NCBI GenBank assembly: GCA_965224025.1
Contig: OZ245033.1
Coordinates: 4,768,001 to 4,832,000, forward strand
DNA length: 64,000 bases
Source of the DNA: Candidatus Multivorans sp.
Lineage (GTDB): Bacteria > Acidobacteriota > Thermoanaerobaculia > Multivoradales > Multivoraceae
Direction: 5' to 3'
Of this stretch, positions 56,180 through 64,000 are shown one piece after another. The notes beneath the pieces were generated by a model. It saw only the letters and a program-made list of their open reading frames with translations, ran no database searches and was not told the DNA's origin. The translations under genes were made by a program, and so were the position numbers. Each line of letters opens with the position of its first letter. Position 1 is the first letter of the stretch.

Positions 56180-56745
56180 CGTGTTTCCACCTCTCTAAGC
56201 CAGTTGGGATGTGCAGCCTTGACGGCTTGGCGATCAACCAAGCTGTTGGCGAGTAGTAGAGACGTCCATCCGGGTTCCGTATTCACGAACCACAGATTAG
56301 TAACCGATCTCGGCTCAACGAAGGGCGTAAGGCCCTCGCCGGCGAAGAACTCGTCGGCATCAGTACCCTCGTGCAAGAGAATCAGCACACCGCCGGGGAG
56401 CGTCATCAGTGGGCCATCGCTACCGTGTGGCCGGAAGACTGGATGACCGTCACTCATTGCTTTGACGATGGCGGCGGACATGCGTGCCGGGCCTGTCGTC
56501 GAGCGCTGTCGAATCAACTCCGCTGCACTGGGAACCAGTTCAACGTGCAACTGGTTCTTGCCGTCGTTCCACGTGATCAGGGCGCGCTCACTGTCCAGTT
56601 CGTTACTGGACTTCTTGAGTTCCAGTTCGTTGCTGGACTTCTTGAGTTCGACCGTTTGAGCGGTAAGAGGCCACGCGGCCATCACTACTGCACCCAGAAC
56701 AATCCAAATGAACCTGTTGCGGTTTACTCCCTTGTGGTTCTTCAC
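56176..56745 (-). CDS. Secreted propeptide-like protein, putative external chaperone of the S8 protease
   Basis: Signal peptide; PVFR....LMTLPGGVL, FV.TEPG..SL.LAN.L....V..A.PNW.RE; its stop overlaps the protease start (ATGA). Confidence 0.6.
   Translation of the reverse strand: MKNHKGVNRNRFIWIVLGAVVMAAWPLTAQTVELKKSSNELELKKSSNELDSERALITWNDGKNQLHVELVPSAAELIRQRSTTGPARMSAAIVKAMSDGHPVFRPHGSDGPLMTLPGGVLILLHEGTDADEFFAGEGLTPFVEPRSVTNLWFVNTEPGWTSLLLANSLVDRQAVKAAHPNWLREVETR
56594..56649. repeat. 27-nt tandem duplication (ELKKSSNEL x2)
   Basis: TCCAGTTCGTTACTGGACTTCTTGAGT / TCCAGTTCGTTGCTGGACTTCTTGAGT. Confidence 0.9.
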
Positions 56746-56867
56746 GGCAACCCCCTTTCAGGGTTCTAGTTACGCTCCCTCCTCATCATTGGCAGAGAGC
56801 CCTATCCAAACTTATCCAGAACAGTGTCGCTGGAGTTTTCATGGGATCACATTCCTCAACGCGTCGG

Positions 56868-58031
56868 TCAGAATATCTTTCGATACTCAGATGGGCTACA
56901 GCCACAGTGCCGTCGAAACACATGCCGAAAGGTCCGCCCCGACCTGAAACCCACGACCCTCCCAATCACTCTGACCGTGGAGTCGCTGTTGCACAGCAAC
57001 TCACACGCGCGCGCCACCCGCCGTTGGGCCATCCACTTCCTAAAAGTGACTCCGACGTGCTGACGAAAGTACCGGCCAAAACTCGATGGCCGCATCGCCG
57101 CAACTGTTGCGACATCGGTCATGCTCAGATCGTCACCGAGGTGCTCATCGACGTAACTCCGCACTCTTTGAAGACGCTCATAGCGATCGAAGGCGTTGAC
57201 ACTTGTAGAGCGCTCGTCGTTCTGCCGTCCGAGACAGCCGTCATCGAAGTGCCTTTCGACGACTGCTGTCGTAATACAGGGTCGGAGATCTACGAGCGCG
57301 AAGCCGTATTGCTCAATGATGTCGCCAGGCTCAACCGACACACGGTTCCTCCAGCCCGGTGCGTATTCCACGAAGGTGTGGAACTCATCGTTCTCACCGG
57401 CTGGATCTACATGCATCGGCAGAGAATCCAGAAACTCGGAGTCGAACCGCCGCCCTAGCAGACTCGTGGGCATTCGCAGCGTGTCTACGGCACAGACCCA
57501 CGCCGACAAGCCTGCGTCCAGCATCATTTCTGCGTGCTCTCGGGAGTCTCGTCCCCACAATGGAAACTCTGCCGCAAGTCCTGTCGAGACCAGTTGTATT
57601 GACCGCCAGAACCTATACGCGTCGGAGCGCAACTCCCCGAAGGAGACGAACTCCGTTCCAGCTCGACGAAGTACACTCAAGCCCCGCTGCAGGTCGGCCG
57701 CATACTCCCTCGCCTTTCCCTCCTGATCGAACTCGACGAACTGCAACGGCAGCCCAACTGCGATGGCCTGCTGCTCAAGGAGCTCCTTTCGGACACCGTG
57801 AACCGCGGAGCGCCCGCTACGACCATCGACTTGACCGACCAATCCATTGACGAGCCAGCCAGAATCCGCTGAAAGCGTGTCGAGTGCCCAAGCCGAGTCC
57901 TTGCCTCCACTCCACCACTGGACCACCCGTCGCCTCCTCCTCCTCACGTCTGGAACACCAGTCGACTTCGCCGGGTCCACCCCGGCCTCGTCATGCCCCA
58001 AGGTAGTATCGGGGAGCTTAGCAAGGGCCAT
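56868..58031 (-). CDS. Fusion of a Dph6/MJ0570-type PP-loop ATP-binding domain to an AraC helix-turn-helix
   Basis: WSGGKDSAWAL, HGVR.ELL.QQA..VGLP, FPLWG, GENDEFHTFV; then AraC DVA..A.M....FGRYFRQHVGVTF...RV.RA.ELL...VGF.S...F...FRRH.G.SPSEYR. Confidence 0.85.
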   Translation of the reverse strand: MALAKLPDTTLGHDEAGVDPAKSTGVPDVRRRRRRVVQWWSGGKDSAWALDTLSADSGWLVNGLVGQVDGRSGRSAVHGVRKELLEQQAIAVGLPLQFVEFDQEGKAREYAADLQRGLSVLRRAGTEFVSFGELRSDAYRFWRSIQLVSTGLAAEFPLWGRDSREHAEMMLDAGLSAWVCAVDTLRMPTSLLGRRFDSEFLDSLPMHVDPAGENDEFHTFVEYAPGWRNRVSVEPGDIIEQYGFALVDLRPCITTAVVERHFDDGCLGRQNDERSTSVNAFDRYERLQRVRSYVDEHLGDDLSMTDVATVAAMRPSSFGRYFRQHVGVTFRKWMAQRRVARACELLCNSDSTVRVIGRVVGFRSGRTFRHVFRRHCGCSPSEYRKIF

Positions 58032-58290
58032 CCGTTGAGAATCGGCAAATCTGGCTCCAATACCGGCAAGTCACGGCGAAAAACGGCACATTCCTGGCAA
58101 CCTCCGCCGAACGGAGCACCCGCTAGCCATAGCTAGCCGTGCGGCCCTCCGACTGGCCCATCCCCATTCAGTTCATCCCTCATCGCGGTTCAACCACGCC
58201 GGTGACCAAGGTAGGCAGGTCCTTGGCGTGATAAATCGTCCAGTACTCGCGCTCAAGTTCTTCAGTTCTTCGCAGTGTTGCCTGGGAGAG

Positions 58291-59539
58291 TGGAGTTGCC
58301 CCGTTTTCGTGGACAGTTTGTGTTTGGGGAATCAAGCAGCTTCGCGGTAGGTCTTTTCGAAGTTGACGGGTGAGCAGTGTCCAATCGCGGAGTGACGACG
58401 GTGGGTGTTGTACCAGCCCTCGATGTACCGGAAGAGCTCGGCCTTGGCTTCGGCATGGTTCCGAAAGCTGGACTGGTCGAGCAGTTCGCATTCGAGGCTG
58501 GCGAAGAAGCTCTCGGCCATGGCGTTGTCGTAGCAGTCCCCAACGGAACCCATCGAGAGCGCGATGCCGGCGTCGCGGCAGCGCTTGCCGAAGGTCAGGG
58601 AAGTGTACTGGCTGCCTTGATCCGAGTGGTGGATCACGCCCTCGGGCCTCCGCTGGGCGATCGCCATCTCCAGCGCGCCGACCACGAGGTCGGTTGCCAG
58701 AGACGAATCCATGGCCCAGCCGACGATGCGCCGACTGAACACGTCAAGGACGATCGCCAGGTACAGGAAGCCGGCAAGGGTCGGCACGTAGGTGATGTCC
58801 GCGAGCCACAACCGGTCGGGGCCTTCGGCTGTGAACTCCCGCTCGACAAGGTCAGGCGCCGGGCGAGCCGACGGGGCGCGGCGCGTCGTCTTCGGTCGCT
58901 TGCGGCGGCTGATGCCCGCCAAACCGGACTCTCGCATCAGTCTGGCGACCCGCTTGCGGCTCACTGGGAACCCCTCATCAGCCAACTCAGCCTGAATCCT
59001 CGGCGCTCCGTAGGTCCCGCGGCTGCGTTCGTGGATCGCCCGCACCCGCTCCGCCAGAGCGCTGTCCGACTTCTCCCTGGCCGACCGCTCACGCTTCAAC
59101 CAGGCGTAGTACCCGCTCGTGGAGACACCGAGCACTCGGGCCATCGTCGTGATCCGGAACTCGGCCTGGTGCGCTCTCATGAACTTGAAGACCCCTTCGG
59201 GCCCGTCTCCCGAGCGAACCAGGCCGTTGCTTTTGCCAGGATCTCCCGCTCCTCGCGCAACCGGCGTACCTCTCGGCGCAGACGGCGCAACTCCTGGCGC
59301 TACGCCGTCGTAGTGCCGTCCTGGCGGCGACCTTCGTCGCGGTCCGCCTGGGCCACCCAGTTACGGATCGACTGTGCTGAAGGCTCGACTCGCGGGCTAG
59401 TTGGTCCGGGCTGCGCCCGGACCGGACCAGATCCACCATCTGTTGCCGGTACTCTGCCGGGTACCGACTCCTCTTTCTCGACATCGTGGGATACCTCCTC
59501 CTCCAAGGATGTAGTGTCCACGAAACCGGGGCAACCTCA
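58291..59539 (-). mobile_element. IS3-family element with damaged orfA and intact-looking orfB
   Basis: Imperfect IRs TGGAGTTGCCCCGTTTTCGTGGACA / TGAGGTTGCCCCGGTTTCGTGGACA. orfB 58332-59180 has WLADITY, HSDQGSQY, DNAMAESFF. orfA (59484 down) has a frameshift and a TAG. Confidence 0.92.
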
Positions 59540-59780
59540 GACTACCCTGAAAGCTACGCCGATACCCCCAAGACACCCTGAAGACTAGTGCTGAAAGACA
59601 GCCCGAGAACAAGACCCGGCCCTACTCGAGGCTGATCCGGACAAGCCGCCACTGGCCCATGAAGACTGGAGCTGCCTAGAGGCCGACCACCGGTCGCAAG
59701 CCGCGCCAGGGGAACGCCGCACGCAGCGAGGGCTAGATCGGTATGATCCGCCGTCGCGCCACCCGCCACCAAGGACTGCC

Positions 59781-61052
59781 ATGAACGACTCCGGATCGAA
59801 TCGTAGCGATGCACTGATCGCGGAACTGCGTGCCGCGCTGGGCGACGACGGTGTACTCACAGGCACCGATGTCTCCGCGCGCGCCGGTGACGGCTCCGGC
59901 ACGGTGCCCTGCGTGGCGCGGGCGGTGCTGCGACCGCGGACGACGGAACAGCTCTCAGCGGCCCTGGCGGCCTGCCAGCACGCGGGCCAACCTGTGGTGC
60001 CTCAAGGCGGACTGACCGACCTCGTCGGCGGCGGCGTAGCCGGCGATCTGGAGGTTGCGATCACCCTTGAACGGATGACCGCGATCGAGGAGATCGACCC
60101 GGTTGGCCGGACGATGACCGTCCAGGCCGGGGCCGCGCTGCAGCGCATTCAGGAGGCGGCCGAGGCCGAGGGACTGCTCTTCCCGCTCGACCTCGGCGCG
60201 CGCGGCTCGTGCATGATCGGCGGCAACGTGGCGACCAACGCCGGCGGCAACCGGGTGATCCGCTACGGCATGACCCGGGACTCGGTGCTCGGCCTCGAGG
60301 CCGTCCTGGCCGACGGCACGGTGCTCTCGAGCCTCAACAAGATGGTCAAGAACAACGCCGGCTACGACCTGAAACACCTGTTCGTGGGCTCCGAGGGCAC
60401 GCTGGGGATCGTCACCCGCGTCGTGCTGCGTCTGGAGCGGCGTCCGCGGAGCCACAACTGCGCCTTGGTGGCGGTGCCCGGATTCACCGAAGTCACCGGG
60501 CTGCTCCGTAAGCTGGAGGAGGAGCTCGGCAGCTCAATGAGCGCCTTCGAGGTCATGTGGCGCGAGTTCTACGAGCTGGTCACGGGCCTGAAAGCGAAGA
60601 CGGCACCCCCGATTCCGCACGGCGATCCCTTCTACGTGCTGGTCGAGTCACTCGGCACACGCCCCGAAGAAGACGCGGTGCAGTTCGAGGAGGCGCTCAC
60701 CGAGCGCTGGCCCAGCAGCCACTGCATCGTCTTCGGCCACCTCGGCGACGGCAACCTGCACGTCGTCGCCTCTGTCGGCGACCGTTCGCAGGAGGCGCGC
60801 AGCGAGGTCGAGAAGATCGTCTACGGGCGCCTAGAATCGCGAGGCGGATCGGTATCGGCCGAGCACGGCATGGGTTTCGAGAAGCGGGCCCACCTCGGCC
60901 GCAGCCGCTCGCCCGCCGAGATCGAGCTGATGAAAGCACTCAAGCGAACCCTCGACCCAAGGGGCATCCTCAACCCGGGCCGCGTGTTCGAGGTGGAGGG
61001 CGCTCCGCCGACGGGGTCGCACGCCGGCGCCAGCGTCACCCTGCCAAGCTAG
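59781..61052 (+). pseudogene. FAD-linked oxidase copy 2 with in-frame 63-codon internal deletion
   Basis: Colinear with 45792-47261 but reads EEAL|TERWP, lacking the segment at 46710-46898. Confidence 0.8.
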
Positions 61053-61072
61053 GAGTCTGCCAACCGGGACTG

Positions 61073-61159
61073 CGCTTCACGCCGGATGCGGGCAGGATGC
61101 CCGCGTTCCCAGGGACCCGCTTCGCGCCGGATGCGGGCGAGACGCCCGCGTTCCCAGGG
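61073..61159. repeat. REP doublet (GCGGGC-N4-GCCCGCGTTCCCAG), 45-nt period
   Basis: Two tandem palindromic units between convergent genes. Confidence 0.85.
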
Positions 61160-61182
61160 GGCGGATCGTCCTGCGACGCCGC

Positions 61183-62211
61183 TCAGGCGTACTCGGGCGT
61201 GAGTTCGTCGCGCAGGCGCTCCAGCAGTTCCCGGGTCTTCACAATCCCCTCGTCGGCGGCCATGCGGCCCTCGAACTCGATCCCGACCCAGCCCCGGTAA
61301 CCGGCGTCGAGCACGATCCGCATCATCTGCTCGTAGTCGATCGTCGTCTCGTTGCCGGCTTCGTCGAAGTCGTAGCTCTTGGCGCTGACGGCGCGGGCGT
61401 AGGACATCAGTTCGGTGACGCCCTGGTACCTGTCGTACCACTCCTCGGGCTCGTCGGAGACGCGGAAGTTGCCGAAGTCGGGCAGGGATCCGATCCGTGG
61501 ATGATCAACCATCGCAAGAGTGCCGGCCAACCACTCGCCGTTGCTCGAGATGCCGCCGTGGTTCTCCACCAGGACGTCGACGCCGTGGCCGTCCGCGTAC
61601 TCACACAACTGGCGCAGGCCGTCCGCGGCCAGCTTCTGCTGCTCCTCGAAGGACCCGGCACTCGCCGCGTTCACCCGCACCGAGTGGCAGCCGAGGAAAG
61701 CCGCCGCCTCGACCCACTTGTGGTGGTTCTCGACCGTCTGCGCCCGCACCGCCGAGTCCGGAGCGCCGATGTCGCCCTCGGCGTCGCACATGATGAGCAG
61801 GCTGACGACACCTTCCCCGTCGCACCTCGACTTGAGGTCCGCCAGGTACTCCTGGTCGCGGGCGCGATCGTAGAAGAACGTGTTCACGTACTCGACCGCC
61901 TCGATCCCCATGCTGCGGGCGCGAGCCGGAAAGTCCAGATGGTCCAGCTCGCCCCCATAAAGAGAACGCGGGTCGCTGGCAAGCACTTCGCCGAAGGTGC
62001 CGCTCCTCAATGCCTCCCGGCCGCCCTCACCGAACAACTCGCGGAAGTAGGACCACTCGGCCAGGGAGATGCGGTAGAGCGGCCCGGCCGACTCCGCCTC
62101 GGCGGCTGACGCGCCCTCGCCTTCGGGGGCGGCACCGTCCATGCAGCCAGCAGCGGCGACGGCGCCCAGAACGGCACCGGTTTGCAGAAAACGCCTGCGG
62201 TCCATCTTCAT
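61183..62211 (-). CDS. Sugar phosphate isomerase/epimerase (xylose isomerase-like TIM barrel), Tat lipoprotein
   Basis: DRRRFL..AAGC; ISLAEWS, LGCHSVRVN, VENHGG, PDFGNF, AKSYDF, IEFEG. Confidence 0.9.
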   Translation of the reverse strand: MKMDRRRFLQTGAVLGAVAAAGCMDGAAPEGEGASAAEAESAGPLYRISLAEWSYFRELFGEGGREALRSGTFGEVLASDPRSLYGGELDHLDFPARARSMGIEAVEYVNTFFYDRARDQEYLADLKSRCDGEGVVSLLIMCDAEGDIGAPDSAVRAQTVENHHKWVEAAAFLGCHSVRVNAASAGSFEEQQKLAADGLRQLCEYADGHGVDVLVENHGGISSNGEWLAGTLAMVDHPRIGSLPDFGNFRVSDEPEEWYDRYQGVTELMSYARAVSAKSYDFDEAGNETTIDYEQMMRIVLDAGYRGWVGIEFEGRMAADEGIVKTRELLERLRDELTPEYA

Positions 62212-62309
62212 CGAGCGCACCTCCGGCTGAGAATCCGGGGAGTGTAGCGCGGCGCGAAACCTGGACGCCCTATTTCCGTAGTGCTGAAGCAGGAGGAGTA
62301 CAACTCGAC

Positions 62310-62588
62310 ATGGAAGTCCTGACCATCCTGACCCTCGGGGCGATCGGCCTCGCCATGCTCGCCGTCTTAGCCGCCGTCGCCTTTGTTGCGAAGGTCGCGT
62401 TCAAGCTCGTGCTTCTGCCGTTCAAGATCGTCGGCTACATCGCCGCGGCGCTCCTGGCCGCGATCCTGATTCCGATCGCGGTCGTAGCGCTGCCGGTGGC
62501 GCTCGCCGTCGGCGTCGTGCTGCTGGTGGTGGCCGGGCTCGTGGCCGTAGTGATGGCTGGCTTCGGCCTGCTTGCGGGCGTCTTCTAG
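62310..62588 (+). CDS. Small membrane protein
   Basis: AGGAGGAG RBS; almost entirely hydrophobic, with FKLVLLPFKIVG. Confidence 0.6.
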   Translation: MEVLTILTLGAIGLAMLAVLAAVAFVAKVAFKLVLLPFKIVGYIAAALLAAILIPIAVVALPVALAVGVVLLVVAGLVAVVMAGFGLLAGVF

Positions 62589-62602
62589 CGCCGCCGGACC
62601 GG

Positions 62603-62678
62603 CGCCTCGCGCCGGATGCGGGCGAGACGCCCGCGTTCCCAGGGGTGCGGATGCGGGCGAGATGCCCGCGTTCTCAGG
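62603..62678. repeat. REP doublet, same family as 61073-61159
   Basis: CGGATGCGGGCGAGACGCCCGCGTTCCCAGG plus a variant copy, between convergent genes. Confidence 0.85.
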
Positions 62679-62680
62679 AC

Positions 62681-64000
62681 TCAGCGGACCAGGTGCCAGG
62701 CGGTCTGACGGCCCGCCAGGTAGTAGACCTTGTCGCCGTCGAAGACGGCGCTCTGCTCAAGCTTGATCTGCACGTCCTGGCCGTCCCACATCTCGAGTTC
62801 AACCCTCACGTTGCCCTCGATCGCGTAGGCGGTGTCCGGGTAGAGCGGCCAGTCGCCGCGCACTGGCGTCGGGCCCTGGTTGTCCCACATGCCGATCGTC
62901 GGGCCGGGCGCGTGGCCGAACAACCCGAGTGGATGCGTGTAGGTGCTGGAGCGAAGACCCTCGTCCGTAGCCAGTGCGATCGTCGCGGCCAGGATCTCGT
63001 TGCCTGTCCGGCCGGTCCGGAACTCCCCGGTGAGGATGTCCTGCCAGCGATTGCCAGCGCCGAGCGCGCGCTGCAGTTCGGCTGGTGCTGCGCTCTCGCC
63101 GAGGCGCAGCACGTAGCCCATCTCCTGGGTATCGGTGCAGAGCCCGATGTAGCAGATGCCCACATCCGTGTGCAGCACGTCTCCGCGCCGGATGACCCAG
63201 TCGCCGCTGCCGCCGCAGAAGGGCTCGCCCTTGCCGCAGCCGCCGTTTTCGTCCGATGCCCAGCGCTGGGCATTCACCGAGGGCAGGAACCAGATGTCGA
63301 GCCCCAGATCCTCGAAGCGCTGAGCGATATACCAGACGACATCGTCGGTGGTCGTGGCGCCCGGAGTGATCACGCGCTCGGAGAACGCCTCCGCGATCAC
63401 GCCCCTCGCCAGGGACACGATCTGGGGATAGGCCTCCAACTGGAGCGGGCTGCGGGTCTCGATCCAGCGCACGACGAGTTCCTCCGCACTCGCCACCCGC
63501 TCCCGGAGTTCCGGCGACAGGACTTCGAGCAGCCGCTCGTGCAGCGCTGCCGACAGACCGTCCGCGACCGGCCAGTGGCGTGAGACGTTGACACCGATCC
63601 GCTGCGGGTCGCGCTCAGCGATCACCTCGCCCAACCCCTGCCACTGCTCGTCCAGGTCGCCGCCCTCCCAGGCCGATTCGTACAGGGCGCCGTACGGATA
63701 GCGGTTCACCGTCAGCAGCTCGACGCCGCCGTTCCCCTCGCCCCGGTCGAAGAACACCAGCATCGTCGTGCGGCGGGCCGCGAACACCGGCCGCGGCACC
63801 AGGCTGAAGAACACCGGATCCTCGTTGTACTCGCGGTTGATTACCAGCCACATGTCGATTCCGGTCTCGCGCATCAGCCCCGGCAGCACGGTTTCAAGCC
63901 GCTCCTCGAGCATCCGGTTGAAGGGCTCGACTCGCTCGCGGTGCGGCAGCACGTGGCCCGGACCGTCGAGCACCCGGCCCTGTTCGAAGTCGGCGGTCTG
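62681..64000 (-). CDS. M24 family (Xaa-Pro) aminopeptidase, 5' end off the window
   Basis: REYNEDPVF, GDVLHTDVG..Y..L.TDTQ, YTHPLG..GH..GP, YAIE, LEQ. Confidence 0.88.
   Translation of the reverse strand, partial: QTADFEQGRVLDGPGHVLPHRERVEPFNRMLEERLETVLPGLMRETGIDMWLVINREYNEDPVFFSLVPRPVFAARRTTMLVFFDRGEGNGGVELLTVNRYPYGALYESAWEGGDLDEQWQGLGEVIAERDPQRIGVNVSRHWPVADGLSAALHERLLEVLSPELRERVASAEELVVRWIETRSPLQLEAYPQIVSLARGVIAEAFSERVITPGATTTDDVVWYIAQRFEDLGLDIWFLPSVNAQRWASDENGGCGKGEPFCGGSGDWVIRRGDVLHTDVGICYIGLCTDTQEMGYVLRLGESAAPAELQRALGAGNRWQDILTGEFRTGRTGNEILAATIALATDEGLRSSTYTHPLGLFGHAPGPTIGMWDNQGPTPVRGDWPLYPDTAYAIEGNVRVELEMWDGQDVQIKLEQSAVFDGDKVYYLAGRQTAWHLVR

Larger units (their letters stand above)
47262..59730. 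mobile_element. Lower-GC genomic island between two copies of the FAD-oxidase gene
   Basis: Visibly more A/T and weaker G/C third-position bias than the flanks; contains IS fragments; bounded by duplicated gene plus upstream sequence. No integrase seen. Confidence 0.65.

Noticed and set aside
61073-62678. Repeats as a mini CRISPR array
   Set aside because: Only doublets with very short spacers, REP-type palindromes and no cas genes.

Overview
High-GC bacterial chromosome segment. It is most likely from an Acidobacteriota (Thermoanaerobaculia-like) organism, possibly host- or sponge-associated. This is inferred from a TonB/Oar-type receptor, a sulfatase-TPR, a CadC-TolB-TPR regulator, C-terminal 'CxxDxTTLCL..RF' domains and dispersed DUF1640/CCDC90-like genes. 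Positions 1-43.2 kb hold mostly metabolic and periplasmic genes: penicillin acylase, mogA, pyrE, a heme-c/Cu-monooxygenase-like protein, sulfatase-TPR, TonB receptor, a TTQ amine dehydrogenase cluster (orf-mauB-E-D-A-cyt c, AADH-like, no mauG in the window), an orphan Zn-independent rpsN, S1/P1 nuclease, acyl-CoA ligase, S9 peptidase and an Mrp antiporter operon. Positions 43.2-45.7 kb are a decayed toxin-antitoxin patch. Two copies of an FAD-linked oxidase gene (45.8 kb and 59.8 kb; the second has a 63-codon deletion) flank a ~12.5 kb island of visibly lower GC. The island carries a truncated HEPN-like gene, IS4/IS256/IS3 remnants and a three-gene unit: a Dph6/MJ0570-type PP-loop ATPase fused to AraC, a secreted propeptide-like chaperone, and a ~2200-codon kexin-like S8 protease with phage-structural-like GSGY repeats, split by one in-frame TGA. 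A three-copy two-hairpin intergenic element with covariation and REP doublets are also present. No CRISPR array, rRNA or complete tRNA was seen.
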